This document shows positions 15,605 through 26,420 of a stretch of DNA of 41,789 bases, one piece after another (position 1 is the first letter of the stretch; each line of letters begins with the position of its first letter). The stretch comes from Pseudobacteriovorax sp. (GTDB lineage Bacteria; Bdellovibrionota_B; Oligoflexia; Oligoflexales; Oligoflexaceae): NCBI GenBank assembly GCA_050293845.1, contig JBNKNM010000026.1:1-41789 (forward strand), written 5' to 3'. The notes under the pieces were generated by a model. The model was not told the DNA's origin. It did no database searches and worked only from the letters and a program-made list of their open reading frames with translations. Made by a program: the position numbers and the translations under genes.

Positions 15605-16234
15605 ATGACCCAGCTATTTCTACTCAATCATGCAGAAAGTCTAGTTAAGCCTGAAATACCGAACAAAGACTGGTCGTTAAGCGAAGAAGGCGCTCTGCAA
15701 GCTATAAATCTCAGCTCATTTCTTGCCAATCTTGACTGTACCTACATATATTCGAGTCCCTATCTTCGCTGCCGAGAAACCGTAACCCCATATGCGAAAA
15801 CCAGTTCCAAACTGATCAATATTCACCAAGGACTCAAAGAAATCCACGCTTCTTACCAACCAGTAGATCATTACAACGTTGCATTAAAAAAATCCTGGCA
15901 AGACTTCGACTATAGCCTGCCTACCGGAGAAAGTTGCCAAAACGGCCAGAAAAGAGCTATAACTACACTCATAGACATTGCCAACAATCATAATGGTAAA
16001 AAGATTCTTATCTCAACTCACAAGAATTTTATAGGACTTACCCTTAACTCTTTTATCCCTGACTTTGGTTTCGAGAATATGCAAAAAATCAAAGAGCCAT
16101 ATGTTGTTCCTATTGTCGTAGAAAATAATGAGCTTAGTCTCGGGAATATGGATCTTCTAGGAGAAGATTATGAGCTAGCTAGCTCAGCTTTTTCACCTCA
16201 CTTAGTAGAATCTTTCACCATGTTCAATGACTAG
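15605..16234 (+). CDS. Histidine phosphatase superfamily (phosphoglycerate mutase-like) protein with altered RHG motif
   Basis: LFLLNHAES, LSEEGALQA, IYSSPYLRCRET, LKE, GES, ILISTH. Confidence 0.85.
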   Translation: MTQLFLLNHAESLVKPEIPNKDWSLSEEGALQAINLSSFLANLDCTYIYSSPYLRCRETVTPYAKTSSKLINIHQGLKEIHASYQPVDHYNVALKKSWQDFDYSLPTGESCQNGQKRAITTLIDIANNHNGKKILISTHKNFIGLTLNSFIPDFGFENMQKIKEPYVVPIVVENNELSLGNMDLLGEDYELASSAFSPHLVESFTMFND

Positions 16235-16292
16235 TCCATTTATGGATATGCAGCGAAAACCGAAAGATAAGGGATACTCTAATATTTCTTAA

Positions 16293-16961
16293 CTATAGTT
16301 TTTGCAACTTTTTAAAACTTTCGCTTTTGCCAAATAGCACCAAAATATCACTTTCTTCAAAGGCTTTATTGACATCCGGGATACCTAGCACCTCGTATCC
16401 CCCATTAAGCTTCTTTCGCTTTAATGTCACTAGGTTCAATTTATAATTTTCGCGGACCTTAAGTTCCGTTAGTGTTTTACCCACAAAATCAGCAGGAATC
16501 TCGACTTCGAAAAAGCCAAAGCCTTCACCCAATTCTACAAAAGTATGAACAATTCCTAAACTTAACCGATAGGCCAGATTATAGGCTGACTCTCTCTCAG
16601 GTAATATCTGTTCCTCAATTCCCATAAGAGAAAAAATTCTTTCTTGAACAGGATTCATCGTACGAGCAATAATACGCTTAACTCCTAGCTCTTGCAGATG
16701 GGCAATGGTAAAAATAGAGGATTCGAAATCTTCTCCAATAGCTACCACTACCAAATCCAGCTCATCCAAGCCTAGGCTGGCAAGCCCTGATTTGATCTGG
16801 CTGTCTAGAATTACTGGATGATCGACATAGCTTTCTACGGCTCTTACCTTTTCCTCGTCAACATCAATCGCCAAAATTTCGATACCTTCTGAGCTAAGTT
16901 TTTCACAAAGACTTGCCCCAAAGTGTCCTAACCCAATTACAGCGACTTTACTAACTGTCAT
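16293..16961 (-). CDS. ktrA: Ktr/Trk potassium uptake regulatory subunit (RCK_N + RCK_C)
   Basis: VIGLGHFG Rossmann motif, VVAIGEDFESSI, ILPERE, VGKTLTELKVRENY. Confidence 0.92.
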   Translation of the reverse strand: MTVSKVAVIGLGHFGASLCEKLSSEGIEILAIDVDEEKVRAVESYVDHPVILDSQIKSGLASLGLDELDLVVVAIGEDFESSIFTIAHLQELGVKRIIARTMNPVQERIFSLMGIEEQILPERESAYNLAYRLSLGIVHTFVELGEGFGFFEVEIPADFVGKTLTELKVRENYKLNLVTLKRKKLNGGYEVLGIPDVNKAFEESDILVLFGKSESFKKLQKL

Positions 16962-16975
16962 TCCTAGAATCCCCT

Positions 16976-18778
16976 CTAGTAGTTGTGAATTTCTTCAGTA
17001 AGCTCTTTATAGAGTTTTTTTGTTTTTTGTTTATAAATACCCAAAAGCAGAGTATAAGGACCTACTCTTCCCAAAAACATGAGAATGATGACTAAAAACT
17101 TACTAAGAAACGATAGCTGTTCTGTGATATCCAATGACAGTCCGACTGTACCCAGAGCGGATACGACTTCAAATGCCAAATATAGTACATTTTGCTTGGG
17201 TTCTAAGTAAAATATAATGGCCATGGCAAGTGTTAAACAGATCATGGTCAAAGTAATAATATTAAATGATCTCAATATCGATTGCGTAGAAATGCGCCTC
17301 TCAAAAATATTAACCTCCGTTTTACCTTGAATATGGGATTTTAGACTTAGTATGATCAAAGCGAAATTCAAGGTTTTAATGCCGCCACCTGTAGAAATAG
17401 GTGACGCGCCAATCAACATTAGAATCATTAAGAAAATAATTGAAGAACCATGCATGGTAGTCATCGACCACGAACTAAACCCTGCGGTTCGGCAAGTAAT
17501 TGAAAAAAACATCGAGTGGAAGATTTTTTCAAACCATGGGAGTTCAGCGAAAGTATGGTTTGATTCAAGTCCTCCCACAATAATCGCTCCTCCCAACCAA
17601 AGTATGAGCGAGCTGATAAGAACTATTTTAGTGGAAATACTGAGAGGATGTTTACGATAATCTTTTCTGCTTTTTGATATTTTATATTTAACCAGATTGT
17701 AGACCTCAGAGATCACAGGAAAGCCAATCCCCCCTAACATAATCAATACTGCCAATACCGCAGTAAAGCCGTTAGCTCCCATATGATCATATTCATCGGT
17801 GAAAAGGGTCATACCAGCATTACAAAAAGCAGAAATAGAATGAAAGATACAGTGGTAAAACCATTTCACATCAAATGGATCGGAAAAGTTCTTGGCACTG
17901 AAATAAAGAGTAAAAGTGCCTAAAATCTCAATAATAAATGTGAAAATAACAATGCGCTTTAATATAGTACCCACTTCCCCTAATCGGTTCTCACTCACCA
18001 TCTCAGCGAGTAAAATTTTTTCTCTTACCGATAGGCTTTCTGGGAACATAGTTAGAAAAACCATAGTAAGGGTCATAATACCTAAGCCACCCAGCTGAAT
18101 AAGACCGGCGATAATGAACTGTCCAAATGGGGTAAATGTTGTAGCAAGGTTAAAAGGCAATAAACCTGTCACACATAGACTGCTGGTAGCTGTAAACGCA
18201 GCATCGGTCCATGAGATCGAAGCATAGCTAGCATTGGGTAACTTCAGTAGTAAAGTTCCCAAAACAGCTCCCATCAAAAAACTTAGAATGATGATCTGCC
18301 CTGGATCTAGCTGAATCTTTTGAAACCAGTGATACTTTCTTGCTTGCCCGACAACAGTAAAAAAGATTAATAGAATCTGTGTAGTGGCTAGGTAAACAAG
18401 ACTAATTTGCTCAGCTTTAAGGTTGGGAGTCAATGCTGAAAAGAAACCCTGAATAAAGTCGATGCTGATAAAGTATTGTAAGGCTAAAAAAGCCATCAGC
18501 AACTCTAAACTGCGCTTTCTCAGGTGGATGTGCCAAGAATCCAGACGAGTGAAGGTGCGTATCAGCTCCTGAAACAGAAATAGTCCTAGGATACCCTCAG
18601 TACACCAAGATAATAAGTGTTGGTACTCAGGACTGACAGTAAAACCAAATCTGATGAGAATCAACGCTAATGCTAACAGACTAATAAAGCGAAAAAGCTG
18701 ATCTAGAATCCCATCAATCTTTTCTTTAGTCGCTGCAGCTGACACTGGAACTCCTTTGTACGGAGCACTTTTTATCAT
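16976..18778 (-). CDS. ktrB: Ktr/TrkH potassium transporter membrane subunit with N-terminal TM extension
   Basis: Four pore-loop glycines: CVTGL, CNAGM, RTAGF, GTVGL; also STGGGIK and MFLGRVG. Confidence 0.92.
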   Translation of the reverse strand: MIKSAPYKGVPVSAAATKEKIDGILDQLFRFISLLALALILIRFGFTVSPEYQHLLSWCTEGILGLFLFQELIRTFTRLDSWHIHLRKRSLELLMAFLALQYFISIDFIQGFFSALTPNLKAEQISLVYLATTQILLIFFTVVGQARKYHWFQKIQLDPGQIIILSFLMGAVLGTLLLKLPNASYASISWTDAAFTATSSLCVTGLLPFNLATTFTPFGQFIIAGLIQLGGLGIMTLTMVFLTMFPESLSVREKILLAEMVSENRLGEVGTILKRIVIFTFIIEILGTFTLYFSAKNFSDPFDVKWFYHCIFHSISAFCNAGMTLFTDEYDHMGANGFTAVLAVLIMLGGIGFPVISEVYNLVKYKISKSRKDYRKHPLSISTKIVLISSLILWLGGAIIVGGLESNHTFAELPWFEKIFHSMFFSITCRTAGFSSWSMTTMHGSSIIFLMILMLIGASPISTGGGIKTLNFALIILSLKSHIQGKTEVNIFERRISTQSILRSFNIITLTMICLTLAMAIIFYLEPKQNVLYLAFEVVSALGTVGLSLDITEQLSFLSKFLVIILMFLGRVGPYTLLLGIYKQKTKKLYKELTEEIHNY

Positions 18779-18863
18779 GTGTTAAAAAGAGAGTTGACTT
18801 GCTTTTTCGGAGGCTTAAGGAAAAACTAGACTAGATTAAAGTCCAGCTTTCCATTTTCTTTCA

Positions 18864-19190
18864 TTAAAGAACGTCTTCAATCAATTTTTGTAGGTTTTGC
18901 GGAGGCTGTGCCCCTACCACTGAACTAGTAATCTCCCCATCTTTGAACATGGCGAGATAGGGAATAGAGCGTACTCCGTACTTAGCTGATATCTCGGGGT
19001 TTTCATCGACATTGACCTTGGCTATTTTAACTTTGCCTTGATATTCCTCGGCGAGCTTTTCCAAAGCTGGACCAATGGAGACACAAGGACCGCACCAAGG
19101 CGCCCAGAAATCTACCAGTACTGGTTCTGAAGATTTAAGTACCTGATCATCAAAATCCGCCTCGTTCACCGCTTTAGTATAAGTTCCCAT
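18864..19190 (-). CDS. trxA: Thioredoxin
   Basis: VLVDFWAPWCGPC active site, cis-Pro motif SIP, 108 aa. Confidence 0.95.
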   Translation of the reverse strand: MGTYTKAVNEADFDDQVLKSSEPVLVDFWAPWCGPCVSIGPALEKLAEEYQGKVKIAKVNVDENPEISAKYGVRSIPYLAMFKDGEITSSVVGAQPPQNLQKLIEDVL

Positions 19191-19262
19191 AATAATTGCC
19201 TTTATAAATTTTGTTTCACGTCCCGTATAAATTTAATACCTAAAACCAATCTGTCAACACGA

Positions 19263-20174
19263 TCAATCCACTAGTTTAGGATCAAGGGCATCGCGGAGGG
19301 CATCACCAATCACATTCAGAGCATAAATAATAATAAACATAGCAATACTTACACTGACTAAAGGCCACCAAATTCCATTGACAAGCTCACCACTAGCATC
19401 CTGAATCATCGTCCCCCAACTAGATCCATCTTGGACCCCCACACCTAAATAAGTCAAAATAACTTCTGATTTGATCGCACTCAGTGTGGAAAGAGACGCT
19501 GTAATAATAGCAAGATGAAAAACATTAGGAAGAATATGCTTCAGCATAATCCGCCAATCTCCACCCCCAAGCAATTTTACAGCCAATACATATTCTCGGC
19601 TTTTATGCTTCATAACTTCACCCCTAACCATACGGCATAACCCAATCCAGTTAACGGCCCCCATAGCCACACAAATGGAAAAAATCCCTTTGCCGAGAAC
19701 GTATGAGATGCCAATGACCAGAAGAATATAGGGAATCGCTGCTAGCACAGAAAATAACCAGACGATGAAACCATCAGTTTTCCCACCAAAGTAGCCTGCC
19801 AACAAACCCATCAGCATCCCTAATGGGATCGATATTCCGGTAACTGCAAGCCCAATGGTCATAGCAGTCTTGGTACCAATCAAAACTTTGTAAAGAATAG
19901 AACGGCCAAATATGTCCGTCCCTAGTATTTTGGCAAGTGCCAACGAAGGAGCCTCGTATGACTCACCCACCCTTTGTTGGAAGTCGGGCAACAGGTCTAA
20001 GTAGCCTAATAATGCGACAAGGAGATAAAGACCAGTAACGATGAAGCACAAGACAACAAACTTCTTTTGTAGCAGTCTTTTCACTGCTCTACGTCCAACA
20101 CTTTCACCAACACGCTGGGAATGCGTTTCATTATTTACTTCGATACTATTATCCATAATAGCCGATTTGCTCAT
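19263..20174 (-). CDS. Peptide ABC transporter permease (OppC/DppC type)
   Basis: LGTDIFGRS, REYVLAVKLLG..KHILPN EAA loop, GDALRDALDPK. Confidence 0.93.
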   Translation of the reverse strand: MSKSAIMDNSIEVNNETHSQRVGESVGRRAVKRLLQKKFVVLCFIVTGLYLLVALLGYLDLLPDFQQRVGESYEAPSLALAKILGTDIFGRSILYKVLIGTKTAMTIGLAVTGISIPLGMLMGLLAGYFGGKTDGFIVWLFSVLAAIPYILLVIGISYVLGKGIFSICVAMGAVNWIGLCRMVRGEVMKHKSREYVLAVKLLGGGDWRIMLKHILPNVFHLAIITASLSTLSAIKSEVILTYLGVGVQDGSSWGTMIQDASGELVNGIWWPLVSVSIAMFIIIYALNVIGDALRDALDPKLVD

Positions 20175-20186
20175 CAGTTGACTCTC

Positions 20187-21119
20187 TTAGTTTAATTGCA
20201 CCCTAGGATCTGCATAAGCATACAGAATATCAGTTACAAGATTGAAAAAAGAATAGGCCACTGCAATCAGAACGGTGAAACCCTTGATTACTGGAAAATC
20301 ACCATTCGCTATTGCGGCAATGATCATATCGCCAATACCCGGAATCGAGAAAAATTTCTCCATCAAAAAAGAACCCATAATAAGGAAGGGAATCCCTATA
20401 ACTGTGTAAGTGATAATAGGAATCATGGCATTCTTCATAATATGCTTGAACAAAATAGTCTTTGGTGCACAGCCTTTGGCAAATGCAGTACGTACATAGT
20501 CGGCCTTTGTCTCATCGAGAAAGAAAGTACGGTACATCCGAATATCAGGTCCGGCGCTCACTACCAAGATGACTAACCAGGGTAGTATTAAATACCTTAC
20601 GGCTTCGAACCCAGATTCGTATCCATTAATGGGAAACAAGTCCAACTGATAGGCAAAGATATACTGATAAGCGAGGATATAAACCAAATAAGAAATACTC
20701 ATCGCCCCCACAAACAAGAATGTGCTGTACTTATCGATCCAAGAACCGCGATAGAAAGCAATCAGGACGGCGATCGATAGATTGATCAGTATCCCCAAAA
20801 AATAGGGCGGAGCCATCAGTGATAGTGAAACTATGGCACCCTCTTTAAACATACTGCTGAGTTCATCACCATTGGTGAAGGATCTTCCAAAATCAAATGT
20901 TACAATTTGTTTAAGGAAGATAAAGTACTGCTCGACTATTGGCTTATCCAGGTGCCATTCAGTGCGCAACTGCTGAATGGCCTCTTCACTGGCATGAGTA
21001 CCTAATTTAACCCGAACAGGATCTTCACCAACAACGGTATATAGCACAAATACCAGAATGGAAACCCCCAGCAAAATAGGGATCATCTGTAATAGCCGAC
21101 GGACAATAAAGGTTAACAC
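20187..21119 (-). CDS. Peptide ABC transporter permease (OppB/DppB type)
   Basis: FIVRRLLQMIP, LDKP..QY..DFGRS, DYVRTAFAKG, DILYAYADPRV; GTG start. Confidence 0.93.
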   Translation of the reverse strand: MLTFIVRRLLQMIPILLGVSILVFVLYTVVGEDPVRVKLGTHASEEAIQQLRTEWHLDKPIVEQYFIFLKQIVTFDFGRSFTNGDELSSMFKEGAIVSLSLMAPPYFLGILINLSIAVLIAFYRGSWIDKYSTFLFVGAMSISYLVYILAYQYIFAYQLDLFPINGYESGFEAVRYLILPWLVILVVSAGPDIRMYRTFFLDETKADYVRTAFAKGCAPKTILFKHIMKNAMIPIITYTVIGIPFLIMGSFLMEKFFSIPGIGDMIIAAIANGDFPVIKGFTVLIAVAYSFFNLVTDILYAYADPRVQLN

Positions 21120-21131
21120 AGGCTCAAACTC

Positions 21132-22889
21132 CTACTTCAACTTTAAGTATTTGTATGGATACTCGGTAATCAGATGACGTTTCATATTGTGTACATTTTT
21201 CTGATAAAGACCAAAGGAAAGTGGGTTGAATATGAGTAGTACAGGCACCTCGTCTTTAATGATTTCATTCATTCTTTGAAACAGCTTATAGCGCTCGGGG
21301 CCATTTTTCATAAAACGAATCTTTTCATATAAAGCATCATATTCTGAGTTATTGAAATTTCCATCATTTGGTCCAGGTGCTTTATTTTTACTATACAGGA
21401 GCTGGTAGAAGTTCTCTGCATCGGGATAATCAGCTTTCCAACCGGCATCGGCTACCTGGAAATTTCCTGCTTCGGTCCGTTTAAGGAAATTTGAAAAGGT
21501 TTGAAAGTTAGCAACTACATTCAGTCCGATTTGTTTCCATTCATTGCGAAAGAACTCAAACTGCTGCCGTGAATCCTTGTTGGTAGAGCGATACTCAACC
21601 ATGATGGTAGGAGCACCCTTGCCATCGGGATAACCAGCCTCAGCCAATTTCTTCTTAGCCATTTCAACATTCTGCTTATACCAAACAGCGTCTGTATAGG
21701 ATGCACTTCCTGCAATGGGAATGGGAACTATCGAGTCAGCTGCCATGCCGCGACCATTATACATAAGATCAACATAGCCCTGTGTATTGATAGCATACGC
21801 CATTGCCTGACGCAGTGCCTTGTTTTTGCCAACCACGGGATCATTCATATTAAACTTCATATACCATGTGGATGTATCTGGCTCAGTAAACATATTGACC
21901 TTAGTTTTCCAATCACCCTTTAGATGAAACTTACCCTTATCATCCTTAAAAGCAATATTGTTAAATTCATCCTTATTCATAGCAATCCAATGCAGCTGCC
22001 CTTTTTTGAATTTAAGCATCGCAGGTTGGGTTTCTTCTATCAAAGAAACCTCCACTTCATCAACAAAAGGCACTTTCTTCCCCGCATCTGCTAACAGACC
22101 TTTTTCCTTATCTCCTGGAGCACCTTCAGTGGGATAGGTAAGATGGTATTTCTGATTTTTGACTAGTACATGAGTTCCGCGACGAGAGTATTTTTTCATG
22201 TAGAAAGGGCCGGTACCTACTGGGTGTTTGGGAAAATCAGCCCCATATTTTTCTACCGCTTCTCGGGGAACAATAGCCATACCCTGGAAGGCGAAAGGAT
22301 AAAAGGCTAAGGGGTTATCAAAGGTAAACTTTATTGTCAGGGTATAATCATCAATTTTTTTCAGTCCAGATACCGATAATTTATCGTAATCGGTTTTTTT
22401 ACCGGCTTTTCTGGTTTCTTCCCTAAATTCATCTAAGCCTTCGACATAGCCTTTCATGAGAACATAACTAAGTTTATTCACATTCACATCGGCAAATCGT
22501 TTAACGGAGTAAATGACATCATCTGCTTTCATTTCCCGACCTTTGCCATCCGGAAAGCATTCATCATCATGGAAGTAGATGCCCTTACGCAGCTTCAGAG
22601 TGTAGGTAAGTTTATCATCATGCTGGATGGGCATGGTTTCGAGAAGGTTTGGCTCCAACTCATAAGGCCGCTTAAGATAATGGTACTGGAGCAGAGTATC
22701 ATATAGATTCTGAACCATTTGCGAAGACACCGAATCAAATTGCGCCATCGGATCTAAGGATCGCTCTGCAGAGACTCGCAGATGCACAAAAACTTTTTTC
22801 CCGTTTTCCGCCTTATTTTTTTTGGTGCAACCATTTAAGAGCATAATAACTGCTGCTAACAATATTCCTATGCGGCTTCTAAGCTTCAT
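21132..22889 (-). CDS. Peptide ABC transporter substrate-binding lipoprotein (family 5, OppA/DppA type)
   Basis: Lipobox LNGC; SLDP, PVGTGPF, LRQAMAYAIN, GWKADYPD. Confidence 0.93.
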   Translation of the reverse strand: MKLRSRIGILLAAVIMLLNGCTKKNKAENGKKVFVHLRVSAERSLDPMAQFDSVSSQMVQNLYDTLLQYHYLKRPYELEPNLLETMPIQHDDKLTYTLKLRKGIYFHDDECFPDGKGREMKADDVIYSVKRFADVNVNKLSYVLMKGYVEGLDEFREETRKAGKKTDYDKLSVSGLKKIDDYTLTIKFTFDNPLAFYPFAFQGMAIVPREAVEKYGADFPKHPVGTGPFYMKKYSRRGTHVLVKNQKYHLTYPTEGAPGDKEKGLLADAGKKVPFVDEVEVSLIEETQPAMLKFKKGQLHWIAMNKDEFNNIAFKDDKGKFHLKGDWKTKVNMFTEPDTSTWYMKFNMNDPVVGKNKALRQAMAYAINTQGYVDLMYNGRGMAADSIVPIPIAGSASYTDAVWYKQNVEMAKKKLAEAGYPDGKGAPTIMVEYRSTNKDSRQQFEFFRNEWKQIGLNVVANFQTFSNFLKRTEAGNFQVADAGWKADYPDAENFYQLLYSKNKAPGPNDGNFNNSEYDALYEKIRFMKNGPERYKLFQRMNEIIKDEVPVLLIFNPLSFGLYQKNVHNMKRHLITEYPYKYLKLK

Positions 22890-23887
22890 CCTAAAAACGC
22901 CTCCTTGTTAATTTCCTCTGCCAAATGACAAGCCACTTGATGTCTGTCATTATTCTTAACTTTTGTCAGTCGGGGTAATTCATTCTTACACCGATCCGTT
23001 ACGTATTTACAACGTGTATGAAACGGGCAGCCCGAAGGAGGTTTACTAGGGCTAGGGACCTCTCCTTCCAATACCTCCGGTTTTGCTTTCCTTGTGGGAT
23101 CAGGAACAGGCACTGATGATAATAGTGCTTTTGTATAAGGGTGCATAGGCTGGGCATAAATGTCTTTAGAAGTCGCTAGCTCGATAATACGCCCCAGATA
23201 CATAACGGCAACGCGATCAGAAATATATTTTACAACAGTCAGGTCGTGAGAAATAAAAATGTAGGTTAACTTCAAGGTTTTCTGCAAATCAATCAACAGA
23301 TTCAGTACCTGAGACTGAATAGATACATCCAGTGCAGAAACAGCCTCATCACAAACGATAATACTGGGATTTAGTGTCAAGGCGCGAGCAATACCAATTC
23401 TTTGCCTTTGTCCCCCGCTGAATTCGTGGGGAAATTTGTTAATATCAGATACCCTCAATCCCACAATCTTTATAATATCCTTTACTTTTTGCAGCCTTTC
23501 ATCCGGAGTGCCGACTTTGTGCAGGATAAAAGGTTCCTCAAGAATATTACGGATCGTCATCCTAGGGTTCAAAGAGGCATAAGGGTCCTGAAAAATCATC
23601 TGGATTTGACTTCTCAGACTATGTAGTTCCTTACCTTTTAAAGGAGCAATATTGCTTCCTTTAAAGCTGACTGAACCCGAAGTGGGATCATAGAGCCGTA
23701 CCAGAGTGCGACCTAAAGTAGACTTACCACATCCCGATTCCCCAACAACGCCGAAGGTTTCTCCTTCATAGAGGTCGAAACTAACGTCATTAACGGCATA
23801 AACCTTACCCACAGGGCGACGCAAAATCCCCCCCAATATGGGAAAATGCATATTTAGATTTTTTACTTCTAAAAGTTTTTCATTCAT
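22886..23887 (-). CDS. Peptide ABC transporter ATPase (OppF/DppF type)
   Basis: GESGCGKS, FQDPYASLNPR, FSGGQRQR, HPYT, GCPFHTRC. Confidence 0.95.
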   Translation of the reverse strand: MNEKLLEVKNLNMHFPILGGILRRPVGKVYAVNDVSFDLYEGETFGVVGESGCGKSTLGRTLVRLYDPTSGSVSFKGSNIAPLKGKELHSLRSQIQMIFQDPYASLNPRMTIRNILEEPFILHKVGTPDERLQKVKDIIKIVGLRVSDINKFPHEFSGGQRQRIGIARALTLNPSIIVCDEAVSALDVSIQSQVLNLLIDLQKTLKLTYIFISHDLTVVKYISDRVAVMYLGRIIELATSKDIYAQPMHPYTKALLSSVPVPDPTRKAKPEVLEGEVPSPSKPPSGCPFHTRCKYVTDRCKNELPRLTKVKNNDRHQVACHLAEEINKEAFLG

Positions 23888-23902
23888 GTGTTGATTCTTC
23901 CC

Positions 23903-24871
23903 TTACGCCTTATAACAAGCCACTTGATGATTTCCAGCCTTTGTAAATTCAGGAGGCTTTGCAAAGCAAGATTCTGAAGCAAGAGGGCAACGCGTATTGA
24001 AACTGCAACCTACAGGCAAATCGCGCAAGCCTGGCACCGTTCCTTCAATTGTAAACAGCTTTTGCTCTTTTGTAATTTCTAAAGTGGGGATGGATTTTAA
24101 GAGACCTTTCGTGTAGGGGTGCTTGGGATTAAGAAATATCTCCTCTGCTGACCCATACTCCACGGCTTTACCGGCATACATGACCACAACACTGTCAGCC
24201 ACCTCCGCAACGACCCCAAGATCGTGGGTAATAAAAACGATCGATGTATTCTTTTCTTTCTGTAGATTTTGCATCAAGTTTATAATCTGGGCCTGGATGG
24301 TCACGTCAAGAGCTGTTGTGGGCTCATCTGCAATCAATAAGCTGGGTTCACAGGCCAGGGCCATAGCAATTACAACACGTTGACGCATCCCCCCCGAAAG
24401 CTGAAAAGGGTATTCATCCAGCCTTTTTTTAGGGTCAGGTATACTCACTAGCTCCAGCATCCTTAGAGAGTTCTCGCGAGCCTCAGAACGAGACATATTC
24501 ATATGAATGCGAAAAACTTCACTAATCTGATCCCCCACAGTAAACACGGGGTTTAAGGCTGTCATGGGCTCTTGAAAAATCATTGAAATTTCATTTCCCC
24601 TGATTTTTCGCATCTCTTCCTTGCTCATTTTGGCAAGGTCTTTGCCTTTGAATAAAATTTCTCCTGACTCAATATACCCATTTGACTCTTGAACAAGACC
24701 CATAATGGACATGGCAGTCACTGATTTCCCACACCCGGACTCTCCGACTACAGCTAATGTTTTTCCTTTTTCAACCTTAAAGCTCACTCCATCAAGTGCG
24801 CGCACTTTTCCAGAATCGGTGTTAAAACAAGTTTGAAGATTATTTACATGCAGAAGGGCTTCGCTATCCAT
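23903..24871 (-). CDS. Peptide ABC transporter ATPase (OppD/DppD type)
   Basis: GESGCGKS, FQEPMTALNP, LSGGMRQR, DEPTTALDVT, HPYT. Confidence 0.95.
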   Translation of the reverse strand: MDSEALLHVNNLQTCFNTDSGKVRALDGVSFKVEKGKTLAVVGESGCGKSVTAMSIMGLVQESNGYIESGEILFKGKDLAKMSKEEMRKIRGNEISMIFQEPMTALNPVFTVGDQISEVFRIHMNMSRSEARENSLRMLELVSIPDPKKRLDEYPFQLSGGMRQRVVIAMALACEPSLLIADEPTTALDVTIQAQIINLMQNLQKEKNTSIVFITHDLGVVAEVADSVVVMYAGKAVEYGSAEEIFLNPKHPYTKGLLKSIPTLEITKEQKLFTIEGTVPGLRDLPVGCSFNTRCPLASESCFAKPPEFTKAGNHQVACYKA

Positions 24872-25127
24872 ATAATGCTTCCAGTCAATTTAACGTATTT
24901 AGCAAAAGCAATGCACTCCCTTCTAATCTATTTCCGACACTTGTGCAATTAGGATGCAAATCTAGATATTTTTTTTGGCGCGTCGTGATCATTATTTTAC
25001 CAAAACTGCAGAAATGCTGATCATTTTCAACACATCAAAATAGCATATATATCATTGCTCCTCGTTGATATATTCGCTAGAACAGAATAAAAGAATTAGG
25101 CATCTAAGCCTTAAGGACCACTGAGGA

Positions 25128-26393
25128 GTGATTGTGAATTCTGAATCCCTTTTATTTATTTTTATAGCGCTGCGACTAAGTCAGCAAGTTCTCGAAAGTA
25201 TACTCTCCTACTTGAACAAAAAAACATACGAAAACAAAAACTTATATGAAAATGCCGCAAAAGTACTAAAAATTGGTGCGGAGGATATGAAAAAAACCCT
25301 CACCTATACACGCGATAAAAGCAGATTTAATGCCATCAACAGCTGGATATCTGTCATATTGACATTATTATTCTACTACTGGGGGGGCTTAGGCTTTGTG
25401 GAACAAACTGCAAAAGGGCTTAGCTCTTGGCTCAACGGTGGTGATATCATTACCGGACTGCTGTTTTTAGGTATTCTGGCTCTGCTATCCGGCTTGATGA
25501 GCTTGCCTTTTGAACTCTTTTTCACCTTCGTCATAGAGGAAAAACACGGGTTTAATCGACAAACACTAATGGGCTTTTTTATGGATCGGGTTAAAGGCCT
25601 CATCATTGGTAGCATCCTAGGGGGACTTTTACTATCAGGTATACTGTGGATTATGTCTACTCTCGGGGAAAGCTGGTGGATCGCTGCCTGGCTAGCTGTG
25701 TTTGGGTTTAGCCTACTCACTATCTGGATCTATCCGACTTTACTAGCCCCACTTTTTAACAAATTTACCCCTATTAAAGATGGGGAGTTAAAAGACAAGA
25801 TTTTTGCTCTTGCAGAAAAAGTTGACTTCCAAGCCGGTGATATATCCGTCATGGATGCATCCACACGTTCCTCCCACGGTAATGCTTACTTTACGGGAGT
25901 CTTTGGCAAGAAAAAAATTGTCCTCTTTGACACTTTAATTAAATCCATGTCTGCAGACGAAATCGTAGCTGTGATGGCCCATGAGCTGGGTCATTTTAAA
26001 CTCAACCACATCCGCTGGAGCCTGATTCGCAGCTTTTTTATGACGGGAATCATATTTTTTCTCATGAGCCTATGCCTCCCCATCCAAGAGCTTTACACTG
26101 CCTTTTCTCTCAGCGGTATCTCTAATTACGGGGCCCTTCTAGTTTTTTCACTATGGTTCGGCCCCCTAGGCTTCTTACTACAGCCAGTCACCAATTTGAT
26201 TTCACGCAAAAATGAGTTTGAAGCTGATGCTTTTGCTCTCGCTAATATCGATAACAAGCGGTTACTCGGAAACGCTTTGTTAAAATTAAGGGAGAATAGC
26301 CATGTAATGCCGATTTCCCATGATCTGTTTTCTAGCGTCTACCACTCTCACCCGCCGATACTTGTGAGATTGAAGGCTATGGGTTACATTTAG
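25128..26393 (+). CDS. M48A-type (Ste24/CAAX protease-like) integral membrane zinc metallopeptidase
   Basis: FVIEEKHGFN, DASTRSSHGNAYFTG, HELGH zinc motif, NEFEAD, HSHPP; multiple TM helices. Confidence 0.93.
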   Translation: MIVNSESLLFIFIALRLSQQVLESILSYLNKKTYENKNLYENAAKVLKIGAEDMKKTLTYTRDKSRFNAINSWISVILTLLFYYWGGLGFVEQTAKGLSSWLNGGDIITGLLFLGILALLSGLMSLPFELFFTFVIEEKHGFNRQTLMGFFMDRVKGLIIGSILGGLLLSGILWIMSTLGESWWIAAWLAVFGFSLLTIWIYPTLLAPLFNKFTPIKDGELKDKIFALAEKVDFQAGDISVMDASTRSSHGNAYFTGVFGKKKIVLFDTLIKSMSADEIVAVMAHELGHFKLNHIRWSLIRSFFMTGIIFFLMSLCLPIQELYTAFSLSGISNYGALLVFSLWFGPLGFLLQPVTNLISRKNEFEADAFALANIDNKRLLGNALLKLRENSHVMPISHDLFSSVYHSHPPILVRLKAMGYI

Positions 26394-26420
26394 AGCGACT
26401 TCATGGAAGGAGGTTATTAA

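Noticed and set aside
16976..18778. Unusually long KtrB/TrkH N-terminus
   Set aside because: Long forms with extra N-terminal TM helices are known in several phyla, and the filter glycines are all normal.
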